Shown here one piece after another: positions 1 through 10,295 of a stretch of DNA of 64,000 nt; the stretch's first letter is position 1; every line of letters begins with the position of its first letter. The notes beneath the pieces are model-generated. The model was not told where the DNA came from and did not search any database. It was given only the letters and a program-made list of their open reading frames with translations. Made by a program: the position numbers and the translations under genes. The DNA comes from an uncultured delta proteobacterium (GTDB lineage Bacteria; Myxococcota_A; Polyangia; Fen-1088): assembly GCA_963796685.1 (NCBI GenBank), contig CAWCMR010000025.1, positions 800,001-864,000 of the forward strand, written 5' to 3'.

Positions 1-317
1 GACGGGTCCTGTCGGGCGCTGCCCTGAGACTCGCCGTTCCATGCCGTCGGTGAGAGGGATCTACCCCAACCCCAGCGGAATAGAATGCGAACATGGGCAG
101 TTGATCCCAGGCGCAAGAAGCCTACCCATCATCCAACCCCCACCTGCCAAGTCAATTTTTTGCTTCCTGATTTTTCCCAATAATTGCAAGCATATTGAAG
201 CATTTGCCAGGTTGGCGAAGGATTCTGGCCCAGGCAATACCTAGACTATATTAGTGAGCTAATTCACATATAAACTGAAGCATAATGCCTGTAACCCCGC
301 TTGACTAAAGGCTTCTT

Positions 318-1142
318 TTGAGCGATAACGCGCTTGTCAAGAGACGGTTCAGCCAGGAGAAGGAGTGGACGTCCATGGAAGCGAGGTTGTTCGAGCTTGA
401 CGCGAAAATGGGAATGCTGGCCGACAAGGCGAGCGGTTTTCCCGACAAGGTCACGAGTGACTACCAGTACAAGCTGGATATCTCGTGGCTGTTCCACGAC
501 AACGCCCTCGACGGGGTCGTGCTTTCCTATTCCGAGCTGAAAGCCGCCATCGACCAGCGGATCATCAGCGACGTTTCGCTGATTCCGACCTACGAGGAGG
601 TCCGCACGCACAAGCAGGCCGCAGACTACCTGCGCGAGCTCGCCCGGGCGAAGAAACCTCCGGCCGTGGACCTGGAATTCATCCGCAAGCTCTACGCCCT
701 GGTCACACCCGACGCGGCGGCCAAGGGCTGCCCGTACCGCAAGGAGAACCCCTTGCACCGGCTCTACTACCACGAGATCTGCCCGCCCGAGAAGATTGTG
801 TACCAGATGCGCAAGCTGGGCGAGTGGCTGGAATCTTCGGAGTATACGTCCCTGCATCCCGTGGTCGCGGGGACCCGCCTTCAGCTCAAGCTGCTGCGCG
901 CCTATCCGTGGACCAAGAACACCGGCAAGGTCGCACGATTGCTCACCAATTATGTGCTCCTACGCGCCAAGTACCTGCCTGCCATCATCCACTCCATCGA
1001 TCGGCAGCGCTACTACGAGGTGCTTCGCCACGACAACGACGGCTTGCTCGGCTTGGTCGTCGAATCGCTCGAAAACGGCATCGATACCACGACCAGGTTC
1101 TTCGACGAGCTTGGCGGCATCAAGGCCCGGCGAGCAAGCTAG
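318..1142 (+). CDS. Fic-domain protein with degenerate active-site motif
   Basis: Fic-like core (ELARA..VDLEFIRKLYALV, YRK, PPEKI, HPVVAG) and motif YPWTKNTGKVARLL in place of HPFxxGNGRxxR. Alternative ATG at 375 with AGGAG upstream. Confidence 0.75.
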   Translation: MSDNALVKRRFSQEKEWTSMEARLFELDAKMGMLADKASGFPDKVTSDYQYKLDISWLFHDNALDGVVLSYSELKAAIDQRIISDVSLIPTYEEVRTHKQAADYLRELARAKKPPAVDLEFIRKLYALVTPDAAAKGCPYRKENPLHRLYYHEICPPEKIVYQMRKLGEWLESSEYTSLHPVVAGTRLQLKLLRAYPWTKNTGKVARLLTNYVLLRAKYLPAIIHSIDRQRYYEVLRHDNDGLLGLVVESLENGIDTTTRFFDELGGIKARRAS

Positions 1143-1279
1143 CAATCTCGCCCCGCTTTCTTGGGTCTTGCTGCGGTTGGCGTAAGATCGACCCCAGGCC
1201 GTTGGCACGCGATGCTGGCGGTGGGGTCGGGTGACTGTCGTCAGCAGTCGCATCCCCGCGCTGGAAGGCGAGTCAGGGC

Positions 1280-3349
1280 ATGAACACACTTGCGGATCAA
1301 GTCGTCGAGCTCACCATCGCGCTGGTACGCGCCCTCGGTCGCGTGGCCCAGTACGACCCGGCCAAGCCCAATTTCCCTCGCCTGCGCGCCCGTCTTCTGA
1401 AAGAGCTTGGACGCTTGCATAGGACGCAGCCCGAAATCGGCTATATCGTCGGCCCACCCGCGGTGGCCGGCGGCCCGCCCGAAGTCTGGGTCGATGGCAC
1501 GTCGCCCCAGCGTACGGAGCTGCGCCGCCTCGTCGGACCCTCCATCGGTGGGGCCTTTGTCCTGCAGCTCCTCGAGTACCTGCAGCATCGCGGGATCGTA
1601 GCCCTGGGTTTCGCCCGCGGCGTGACCGAGCCCGAGTGGAACGCGTTCTTGGAAATCGCGGCCGTTCCACCGGTGGAGAAATCGCCGGCCGGCGAGGGCC
1701 GCCGCCTGGGCCGTGCCCTGCTCGAGAAGAAGGTGGCCCACATCTCCATCGTTTGCGAGAGCGAGCAACCTCCGGTCAAGCCCGACCTGCCCTGGTATGT
1801 GCGTCTGGCGCTTGCCCGGTTGGCGCACGACCTGCGCACCGCGATCACGTTGGGCGCCACCACGCCGGATGCCCTGTTTGGTCAGAGCGAACGCCTGGTC
1901 GCCGGCATGGCCTATTCGTACTTTCGCAAGTTCGATGTGCTCGAGCAGATGCTCTTTCACTGCAAGACTGTCGACCAGATGGTTCGCGATCTGCCCGCTC
2001 TGCGCGACGTCCACGCCGTGGACATCCTTCTGGGCGGCTTGCCCGCCATTTCCTTGCACGGGACGACCAACCTCATCCTCAAGGAGTCGGGCGGCGCCAA
2101 CGATCTGCCGCCCGAGCCCGCGGCGTCGGTTCTACGCGCCATCTCCGAGCGCATGCTCAGGATGCCGTCCTCGCGCCAGGTGGACGAAACCTTGCGCACG
2201 ATGTGTCGGCGCAAGATCGTGGCCATTACGCGCCTGCCGATCGAGCTGCAAGAATGGGTCTTGGCCGAAAACTGGGTCGAGGGCCTGCGCACCGACATGG
2301 GCAAGGAGCCCCCCAAAGGCAGCGCCGACAGCAACCCCGTGCGCATCCTGCAAAAGGGGGCGCGCTACGCGTTCATCCAGGGCCTGCCGGTCCAGGCCAC
2401 CGGCATTCTCGAGCGCATCAAGAACGTGGCACCCAAGGCGGTTCCCGAGGTCTTCGACGTTCCCACCGTCGAGGCGGTGCTGACCTCGTTTCCCGACGGC
2501 AAGGACGACCGTCGTGCGGTTCTCATGTTGCTCGATCAGGGCGGCGATACCGCCGCCGATTCGGTGGCCTCGGTCATCCTCGGCGGCGAGCCCAAGGTGT
2601 GCGAGGCAGCGGCGTGGATCCTGACCGAGATGAAGAACCGCGGCGTGGCGGCGACGCTGCGTGCCCTGAACCAGGACATCGAGAAGGAAGAGACCGCGCG
2701 CATGCTCATCGCGTGCGTGACCGGCAAAGCGCCGGAGAGCGCGGCCGATGTGTTCATCCGCCAGCTCAAGCACAAGTCCGCGCGCGTGCGGCGAGATGCC
2801 TTGACAGCTCTTGCGTCGGCGTGCCCGCCGGCCGCGGAAACCTACGTGGCGCTGGCCCTGGCCGATCCGGACGAGAGCGTGCGAATCCGCGCCCTGCTCT
2901 TGTGTGCCAACACGGGCGTTGGCAGCGAAAAGGTCATCCCGCGTGCCATTCAACTGGTGGCCAAGGATGCCCGCGGGGCTCCGCCCCAGGTCGTGCGCGC
3001 CGCTATCGAGGTCGTGGTGCGGCGTCGCGAGGCCGGGGCCCTGCCCATCGCCGAGGCGGAATTCGCGCTGTGCAGGCTGACCACACCCATAGGTTTCTTC
3101 GGCCGATTGATGGGCCAGAAGTCTCCGCCGGCCACGGTGATGGTGACCGCGATCGCCGCGCTTGGACGCCTCGGCACCGATCGCGCGAACAAGCTGCTCA
3201 CGCGCTTGAGCCACAGCAAGGATCCCGACATCGCGCAAGCCTCCCGTCGAGAACTGGATGACAAGGGCGGTCGCGGCCCCATGACCCCCATGCCCATGGT
3301 GGACAGCAGCGTCCTCCATATCGCAAGGAAGCCGCCTTCGGCGGGCTGA
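1280..3349 (+). CDS. HEAT-repeat protein
   Basis: 689-aa ORF with C-terminal HEAT-like repeats (LKHKSARVRRDALTALA, LADPDESVRIRAL). Confidence 0.7.
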   Translation: MNTLADQVVELTIALVRALGRVAQYDPAKPNFPRLRARLLKELGRLHRTQPEIGYIVGPPAVAGGPPEVWVDGTSPQRTELRRLVGPSIGGAFVLQLLEYLQHRGIVALGFARGVTEPEWNAFLEIAAVPPVEKSPAGEGRRLGRALLEKKVAHISIVCESEQPPVKPDLPWYVRLALARLAHDLRTAITLGATTPDALFGQSERLVAGMAYSYFRKFDVLEQMLFHCKTVDQMVRDLPALRDVHAVDILLGGLPAISLHGTTNLILKESGGANDLPPEPAASVLRAISERMLRMPSSRQVDETLRTMCRRKIVAITRLPIELQEWVLAENWVEGLRTDMGKEPPKGSADSNPVRILQKGARYAFIQGLPVQATGILERIKNVAPKAVPEVFDVPTVEAVLTSFPDGKDDRRAVLMLLDQGGDTAADSVASVILGGEPKVCEAAAWILTEMKNRGVAATLRALNQDIEKEETARMLIACVTGKAPESAADVFIRQLKHKSARVRRDALTALASACPPAAETYVALALADPDESVRIRALLLCANTGVGSEKVIPRAIQLVAKDARGAPPQVVRAAIEVVVRRREAGALPIAEAEFALCRLTTPIGFFGRLMGQKSPPATVMVTAIAALGRLGTDRANKLLTRLSHSKDPDIAQASRRELDDKGGRGPMTPMPMVDSSVLHIARKPPSAG

Positions 3350-3561
3350 GAATGTATAGTCCGGCCTACCCTCCCACTTCCAGGCCCATGCCTGCGCCCT
3401 GCCTCGCGCCGTGAATCCACGCCTGTGATCTCGGACGGTGGGCTATAATGAAAGAATATCCACGTCGCAGCAAAGGCGGCGCGAAGGTTTCACAGTTCCC
3501 AGGTAGCAAAGTCCAAGTGTTCCGTCGGGAAGAGCCCAGTACCACGACGGGGAGGAGCACG

Positions 3562-6500
3562 ATGCGCAGGATTCTCGTTTTCGTCGGCATGATCGGATCC
3601 ATCGGTGCGTGCGTGGATCTCAGCAAGCCTGAGAAGGTTGCCGAGTGCGCGAAGGACAATACTTGCGTCAATGCCTCCCTCGTGGACAGCGGGAGCACGC
3701 GCCCGGATGGCAAGAAGGACGGGAATCCGTACATCGAAGGGTCGATGGACGCGGAGAGCCCAGGCCCCGACGCCGTTGCCCCAACCGATGACACGTCCTC
3801 CATCAATCCCGCGATCGACGCCGGGGAGCTTCCCGACCTGTCGATCTCGGACACGATCGTGCCCATCCTCGACGATGGCTCCGTGCCGGACGCACCGGTG
3901 ATTCTCGGCGATGGCCCGATTCCCGACACCCCCATCATCGCCGACGTGCGGAACGACGTACCTGTCACGCGCGATGTCGCAGCGGGGATCTGTGCTTCAG
4001 GTGGTGTGATCCAGCCCGCCGGAACCGTTTGCCGCCCCGCTGCCGGGTTATGCGACGTCGCCGAAACCTGCGACGGCGTGAGCGCCGACTGCCCACCCGA
4101 CAAGCTCGCGTCCGCCGGGACAGAGTGTCGAGCCGTCGGTGGCGACTGTGACATCCCGGAATCCTGCTCGGGCACCAGCCCGGACTGCCCGGCCGACGGG
4201 TTCAAGCAAGCTGGCGCGGTTTGCCGACCGGCGGTGCCAGGCGGGTGCGACGTCGCCGAAAGCTGCACCGGCACCGGCGCGGCCTGCCCGGCCGATTCAC
4301 TGGCGCCAGCAACCACCGTGTGCCGGGCATCGACGGACAACAACCAGTGCGACCCGGCCGAGCTGTGCACGGGTGCGAGCCCGAGCTGCCCGGTCGATGT
4401 GTTGTACAGCCGTCCTGCCGTTCCTGGCAACGTCGCGGCGGCCCCGGGAACGCTTCAGGCCAGCATCTCGTGGAGCGCAGCCACCGGTGCCACAGGCTAC
4501 AATGTCAAGCAGAGCACCACGACCGGGAGCGGCTATACGACGCTCGGGACCTCACCCACGGCAAGCGCTTCGCCTTACGTCGACACGGGCTTGACAGGGA
4601 GCACGACCTATTACTACGTCGTCTCGTCCATCGATACGATCGCGACCTGCGAATCGGCCAACTCAACCGAGGTGTCGGTGGTTCCCGCTGGCGCGTGTAC
4701 CGCTCCGAGTCCACCCGCCATCAGCGCGACACCTGGTAACGGCGTGATCTCGCTGTCATGGCCAGCGGTGACAGGTGCCGTCTCATACTCGGTTTCGCGC
4801 AAGGTTACCCCGGGGACAGCCGACTACGCCATCATCGCCGCGGCCATCACGACCATGAGCTACAACGACAGTGCCGTACAATACGGAACAAACTACTCCT
4901 ACGTGGTGACGGCCAGCAACGGTACGTGCAGCTCGGGCAACTCGAACGCGGTCGTGTCGTCGCCGCTGTGCACGCCGCCGGCAACCGCTCCCACCGCCTT
5001 GTCGGCTGCCATCCCGAGCCTCGGTGGCCAAGTCACACTGAACTGGACCGGGTCCGCTGACGCGCAAACCTACCAAATCCTACGTAAGCTCCACGCCAAC
5101 ACGAGCTACGTCCAGATCGGCCAGGTAAGCGCCGGAACCCTGACCTATTCGGACAGCGGACTGACCAATGGGCAAAGTTACGACTATGTCGTCACCTCGA
5201 ACAATGGAACCTGTGCGTCGACAACTTCCAACGTGGTCACGGCGGTGCCCCAGTGCTCCGTTTCGGCGCCGGTCTTCCGAACCCCGGCAACAGTCGGCGA
5301 CAAGGAAGTCGACCTGAGCTGGAGCACATCGGCTGGCGCAATCAATTACACGCTTTCGCGCAAGCTGACTTCGGGTTCAACCTACGCCGTGATCACGACT
5401 CCAGCGATCACGGCCACATCCTATGCCGACAAGGATGTGGCCTTGGTCAATGGTACGTCCTATGACTACGTGGTCCGGGCCAGCAATGGCAATTGCGCCT
5501 CGGCCAACTCCGCTCCGATCTCCGCGACGCCGATTTGCACGCCACCATCCACACCTGGCACGTTGGTTGGAACGCCCGGCAACGCGACGGCGACACTCAC
5601 CTGGGGCGCCTCTACGCCAGCGCCAGACTCGTACACTGTCCAGCGCAAGGTCGGCTCGACCGGAACCTATGCCGACCTCGGTACGACGACGAACGGTACG
5701 ACCACCAGCTACGCGGACAACACCGCTGTCAACGACATCACCTACTTCTACCGCGTCCGCGCCAACAAGGGCTCGTGCAGCTCGGGCTACGACGCCGAGG
5801 TTTCGGTCACGCCAACCTTCTGCCCGCAGGGAGCGTCGGGAACGCCGACCCTGACCATCACCAGCAGCACGCAGATCAAAGTGGACTGGACCGCATCCAC
5901 GCCCGCTCCCGCGAGCTACAACATCGGACGCAGCCCGGACGGCGTTGCCTACACATCGGTTGGCAGTGTCGCCGGAGCGAGCCTGACGTTCACGGATCCC
6001 TCGGCGGGCCTGCTCATCGGTGCGACCTACTACTACCAAATCACCGCAGTCGGTGCCTCGTGCTCCACCACCTCGGCCGCTGGCTCCATCGTGCTGGCGT
6101 GCCAAACGCCGGGGGTTCCCGTGCCAACCGCCGCGAGCTCGGCCGGGGCAATCTCCATCTCGTGGCCCCCGGTCACCGGCGCGACAGCCTATTCGGTGAC
6201 CCGCAGTCCGTGTACGGGCGGCACTTGTCCGGTGGTCAGCGCCAACCAGACATCCGCCACGTTCACGGATCCGGCAAGCGGGCTGACCAACGGGACGACG
6301 TACTCGTACCAGGTCACCGCGAGCAATGCCGACCATCAATGCGTATCGGACCAGTCGGCCGCGGCCTCGGCAATGTCCTGCACGGTGCCGGTCGTGCCAG
6401 TTGGAGTAGGCGCCAGGCGGACCGGCAACAAGCAGGTCACGATTTCATGGACGAATTCGTCAGGTGCGAGCTACTACGACGTACTCCGCAGCACCACGAG

Positions 6501-6945
6501 CGGCTCGGGTTATGCATCGGTCGGGCACGCGGCGGGCACACCGTTCCTGGACAACACGGCCGCGAACGGGACCGTGTACTACTACGTCGTGGCAGCGAAG
6601 AGCGATGCCGCCGGAAATTGCCCTGCTTCCGGCAATTCCGCGCAGGTTACCGCGCCTTCTTGTACGGTGGGCGGCTGCGCCACCGGGACCCAATGCTCCC
6701 TGTCCTTCAGCAACGTGGATACGCGAAACGGTTACTGCTGGATCACGTGCGACACGGGGTTGGCAGGAACAGGCAACTGGAACTTCGGCAACAGCGGCAC
6801 GCTCTACGTCAACAACGCTACACCCGCCAGCGGCACCGCGCTTCCGGCCGCCGTCAACTCTGGGCTTGCGTTTTATTTCTCCCCGAGCACCCACAGCGAC
6901 AGTTGGTATGGCATGTGGAATGGAACCGGAGCCACCTGCCCCTAG
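3562..6945 (+). CDS. Large surface lipoprotein with 4 disintegrin-like repeats and multiple fibronectin type III domains
   Basis: GGAGGAG at 3551, signal peptide with lipobox IGAC, CRxxxGxCDxxExCxGxxxxCPxD repeats, FN3 repeats (LSW..GA.SY.V.R, Y.D.GL.NG..Y.Y.V.A). Confidence 0.8.
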   Translation: MRRILVFVGMIGSIGACVDLSKPEKVAECAKDNTCVNASLVDSGSTRPDGKKDGNPYIEGSMDAESPGPDAVAPTDDTSSINPAIDAGELPDLSISDTIVPILDDGSVPDAPVILGDGPIPDTPIIADVRNDVPVTRDVAAGICASGGVIQPAGTVCRPAAGLCDVAETCDGVSADCPPDKLASAGTECRAVGGDCDIPESCSGTSPDCPADGFKQAGAVCRPAVPGGCDVAESCTGTGAACPADSLAPATTVCRASTDNNQCDPAELCTGASPSCPVDVLYSRPAVPGNVAAAPGTLQASISWSAATGATGYNVKQSTTTGSGYTTLGTSPTASASPYVDTGLTGSTTYYYVVSSIDTIATCESANSTEVSVVPAGACTAPSPPAISATPGNGVISLSWPAVTGAVSYSVSRKVTPGTADYAIIAAAITTMSYNDSAVQYGTNYSYVVTASNGTCSSGNSNAVVSSPLCTPPATAPTALSAAIPSLGGQVTLNWTGSADAQTYQILRKLHANTSYVQIGQVSAGTLTYSDSGLTNGQSYDYVVTSNNGTCASTTSNVVTAVPQCSVSAPVFRTPATVGDKEVDLSWSTSAGAINYTLSRKLTSGSTYAVITTPAITATSYADKDVALVNGTSYDYVVRASNGNCASANSAPISATPICTPPSTPGTLVGTPGNATATLTWGASTPAPDSYTVQRKVGSTGTYADLGTTTNGTTTSYADNTAVNDITYFYRVRANKGSCSSGYDAEVSVTPTFCPQGASGTPTLTITSSTQIKVDWTASTPAPASYNIGRSPDGVAYTSVGSVAGASLTFTDPSAGLLIGATYYYQITAVGASCSTTSAAGSIVLACQTPGVPVPTAASSAGAISISWPPVTGATAYSVTRSPCTGGTCPVVSANQTSATFTDPASGLTNGTTYSYQVTASNADHQCVSDQSAAASAMSCTVPVVPVGVGARRTGNKQVTISWTNSSGASYYDVLRSTTSGSGYASVGHAAGTPFLDNTAANGTVYYYVVAAKSDAAGNCPASGNSAQVTAPSCTVGGCATGTQCSLSFSNVDTRNGYCWITCDTGLAGTGNWNFGNSGTLYVNNATPASGTALPAAVNSGLAFYFSPSTHSDSWYGMWNGTGATCP

Positions 6946-6948
6946 CGC

Positions 6949-8667
6949 TTACGCGGTCACATACGGCGCGATCTTGGCTGGATCCTTGACCACCAGGTAG
7001 TCCTCGACAAAGAGAGCATCGAGGCCGGTGGTCATGAGGCACTTGATGGCCTCGTCCACGGTGTTGATGATGGGCTCGCCGCGGATGTTGAACGAGGTGT
7101 TGAGCACGCAGTCGACACCTGTCAGGCGGCCGAATTCCTCGATCAGCCGGTAGTAGCGCGGGTTTTGCCCTTCGTTCACGGTCTGCACGCGGGCGGTGCC
7201 GTCGACGTGGGTGATGGCGGGCAGGACCTCGATCATCTCGGGCCGGGTCGGGTAGGCGCGCAACATGTACGGCGAGGGCACGGAGCTTTCGAAGTACTTG
7301 CCGCAGGACTCTTCCAGCACCGAGGGTGCGTAGGGCCGGAAGGGCTCGCGGAACTTCACCGTGGCGTTGAGCAAGTCCTTCATGTCCTTGCGGCGCGGGT
7401 CGGCCAAGATGGATCGGTTGCCGAGTGCGCGCGGGCCGAATTCGGCGCGGCCCTGGAACCAGGCGATGATGAGCCCGTCGGCGATCATGCGCGCGGCGGT
7501 CAGCTCGGGCTGCTTCAGCGTGTGGTAGCGAAGCTGGCCGCGATCGAGCACGGCGCGCACCTGCGCGGGTGTGAACCCGGTGCCGAGGTACTCGCTGGCG
7601 ACTTCCATCGAGCGTTTCCCACGGTTCAGGATGTGCTCCACGACCAGCGCGGCGCCCACCGACGTGCCGGTGTCGCCCGCCGCCGGATAGAAGAAGAACC
7701 TCTCGAAGTCGGTCTCGCGCTGGAGCCGGCCGTTGGCCACGCAGTTGAGGGCCACGCCGCCCGCCACGCACAGGTTCTTGGCGCCGGTCAGGTTTCGCGC
7801 CAGCCGCGCCAGGTGCAGCATGGCTTCCTCGGTCACCGCCTGCAGCGCGAACGAGATATCCTCGTACCGCTTGTCGACCGCGCTCTCGGGCAGGCGCGGC
7901 GGCCCGAGCAAGGCCACCAGCTTCTCGCTGTAGCGGTGCGGGCGGTCGTGGAAATACTCGAAGAAGGACAGATCGAGCTCGAAGCCGCGCTCGGTGAGGG
8001 CGATGAGCTTGCCCAGCTTGCCCACGTACTCGCTGTCGTGCCCGTACGACGCCAGCCCCATGACCTTGCCTTCGCCGCTGTTGGCGCGGAACCCCAGGTA
8101 GTCGGTCAGCGCGGCGTAGAGCGAGCCGATGGAGTGGGGAAAATCGATCTCGGCCAACAGGTCGATGGTCGCCCCTTGCCCGCGGTAGATGGTCGTGGAC
8201 TGGCGTTCGCCGTAGCCGTCGGCGGTGAGGATGGCCGCGTCCTCGAAGGGCGAGGTGAAGAACGCCGCGGCCGCGTGGCACAGATGGTGCGTGATGTAGT
8301 GGATGGCCAGCTTGTGCCCCGAAGCCAGGTGGACGGTCTGCTCGACGCTGTTGACCCGTTCGCCCAGCTTGGGGATCAGCCGCGAAGGAACGCCGTAAAG
8401 GTACTCCAGGTGGTGGCGCACAGAGCCAACCATCCGGCGCGGAGGCGCCTCGGCGTGGATGCCGGGGTTCCAGAAAAAGCCGATGGCATCGAGGTCGGCG
8501 AGCTTCAGCCCATGCGTCTTCAGACAAAAATCGATGGCCTTGTCGGGGAAGCCGGCATCGTGCTTGAGGCGCGTGAAGCGCTCTTCTTGGCTGGCGGCGA
8601 CGACCCGGCCGTCGACCACCAGGGCTGCGGCCGCGTCGTTGGAATGGTTGATGCCCAGGATCTTCAT
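6949..8667 (-). CDS. Carbamoyltransferase, NodU/CmcH family
   Basis: MKILGIN..NDAAAALVVDG, QEERFTRLKH, HHLCHAA, GEGKVMGLASYG, GGVALNC, EFGPRALGNRSILA, VKFREPFRP, LNTSFN. Confidence 0.92.
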   Translation of the reverse strand: MKILGINHSNDAAAALVVDGRVVAASQEERFTRLKHDAGFPDKAIDFCLKTHGLKLADLDAIGFFWNPGIHAEAPPRRMVGSVRHHLEYLYGVPSRLIPKLGERVNSVEQTVHLASGHKLAIHYITHHLCHAAAAFFTSPFEDAAILTADGYGERQSTTIYRGQGATIDLLAEIDFPHSIGSLYAALTDYLGFRANSGEGKVMGLASYGHDSEYVGKLGKLIALTERGFELDLSFFEYFHDRPHRYSEKLVALLGPPRLPESAVDKRYEDISFALQAVTEEAMLHLARLARNLTGAKNLCVAGGVALNCVANGRLQRETDFERFFFYPAAGDTGTSVGAALVVEHILNRGKRSMEVASEYLGTGFTPAQVRAVLDRGQLRYHTLKQPELTAARMIADGLIIAWFQGRAEFGPRALGNRSILADPRRKDMKDLLNATVKFREPFRPYAPSVLEESCGKYFESSVPSPYMLRAYPTRPEMIEVLPAITHVDGTARVQTVNEGQNPRYYRLIEEFGRLTGVDCVLNTSFNIRGEPIINTVDEAIKCLMTTGLDALFVEDYLVVKDPAKIAPYVTA

Positions 8668-8852
8668 GGTCGACCTCGCTAGCACCGCCAGCCTCGTGGG
8701 ACTGGCCTGGCCCAAGGACGGTAGCGTGCCCCACCGTTCCGGTCAAAGAACGACCTGATTGCGGCGCTGTCGTACCGGAGGTGCAGCGCATGGTCCCGGC
8801 ATGACCCGAGAGCGCGGGGTTCGCAGCTGCCATCGGGATCAGGACATGCTAG

Positions 8853-10211
8853 GTGTCTGGTTCCGTGCAGTCCCCTCCGGAGCCCGCAGTCGAAACCAGC
8901 CGCATCCCCGATGCCGACGCCTTGAATTGGCTCTTACGCGTCGCCATCGTCGTAAGCCTATTCTTGCTGGTTTGGAGCACTATCCGCAGCAACGCTCTCT
9001 TGCCGCTCCTTGCCGCCGCCCAGGCCCATCGCTGGGGCGGTCTCGTCGTGCGTCCCAGCGTGCTGTGGGCTCTCTCGGGCACCGTGCTGCTCGTGCTGCG
9101 CACCCTGCTTTGGTTTCGCTACCGAGCCGCTCCGTCGGTCGGTCCGGACGAGGCGCCGTTGCTGTCGGTCGTCATTCCCGCCTACAACGAGGGATCCATG
9201 GTGCAACAAGCCATCGACTCGGTGGCCGAGGCGAGATACCCGCGCGACCGCGTCGAGATCTTCGTCGTCGACGATGGCAGCACCGACGACACCTGGGAGC
9301 ATATCCAGGCGGCGGCTGCCCGGCACCCGGGGGTGGTCACTGCCCTTCGTTTGCCCAAGAACCGCGGCAAGCGGGCCGCCCTGGCCGAGGGCTTCGCCAA
9401 GGCCCGCGGCGAGATCCTGATCACCATCGACTCGGACAGCACCATCGAGCCCAGTGCGCTGCTCGCCATCGTGGGCCCGTTCCGCAACCCGCGCGTGGGT
9501 GCGGTGGCAGGGAAGGTGGCGGTGCTCAATCGCGGGCAGGGGTTGATCCCGCGCATGCTCGCGGTTCGCTTCGTGCTGACCTTCGACCTCTTGCGAGCGG
9601 CGCAGTCGAGCTACGGCACGGTCTACTGTTGCCCGGGGGCCTTCACGGCCTACCGGGCCAGCCTGGTGCGAACGTTTCTCGACAAGTGGACGGGGCAAAC
9701 CTTTCTCGGGGCTCCCTGCACCTTCGGCGAAGACCGGGCGCTGACCAACTATGTTCTCGCCGCCGGCTTCGACACCGTCTATCAACGTAGCGCCGTCGTG
9801 CACACGGTGGTTCCCACGACCTTCCGCCGGATGTGCAAGATGTTCCTGCGCTGGGACCGCAGCTACGTGCGCGAGGAGATCCGCTATGTCGCCATCCTGT
9901 GGCGCAGACCCGCACACGCCCTGGCCATGTCGCTGCTCGAGACGCTGGTGAACAACCTGCGCTATCCGATTGGTTGGGCAAGCCTGGCGCTGCTTGCCGC
10001 CATGGTGCCCTCCCACCCGCTCGTGCTCTTGCGCTTGCTTTCGGCCATCGGCATCTTCGCCGGGTTCAACATGCTCTATTACCTGCACAGCGAGCGCTCG
10101 GTGGACTTCGTCTACGGCATTCTCTACGCCTACCTCTCGTTCTTCGGCCTGTTCTGGATCTTCCCCTATGCCATGGTCACCGTGCGGGCTCGCGGATGGC
10201 TGACCCGCTGA
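8853..10211 (+). CDS. Processive GT2 glycosyltransferase, hyaluronan synthase/NodC-like
   Basis: VIPAYNE, DDGSTD, DSDS, CCPGAFTAYR, GEDRALTN, LRWDRSY; flanking TM helices. Confidence 0.85.
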   Translation: MSGSVQSPPEPAVETSRIPDADALNWLLRVAIVVSLFLLVWSTIRSNALLPLLAAAQAHRWGGLVVRPSVLWALSGTVLLVLRTLLWFRYRAAPSVGPDEAPLLSVVIPAYNEGSMVQQAIDSVAEARYPRDRVEIFVVDDGSTDDTWEHIQAAAARHPGVVTALRLPKNRGKRAALAEGFAKARGEILITIDSDSTIEPSALLAIVGPFRNPRVGAVAGKVAVLNRGQGLIPRMLAVRFVLTFDLLRAAQSSYGTVYCCPGAFTAYRASLVRTFLDKWTGQTFLGAPCTFGEDRALTNYVLAAGFDTVYQRSAVVHTVVPTTFRRMCKMFLRWDRSYVREEIRYVAILWRRPAHALAMSLLETLVNNLRYPIGWASLALLAAMVPSHPLVLLRLLSAIGIFAGFNMLYYLHSERSVDFVYGILYAYLSFFGLFWIFPYAMVTVRARGWLTR

Positions 10212-10295
10212 GGGGACCCGGACCGGGTGCGCGCGCCCCCATCGAACGCCAACACGGAGGTGCGGCCAAAGGAGGACCCTGATAGTCTCCGCCCG

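Noticed and set aside
335-353. Myxobacterial LexA box (GTTCAG half-site) near the fic start
   Set aside because: The left half-site does not match.
1200-1220. TGGCACG as a sigma54 promoter for the HEAT gene
   Set aside because: The GC dinucleotide is not at the required GG-N10-GC spacing.
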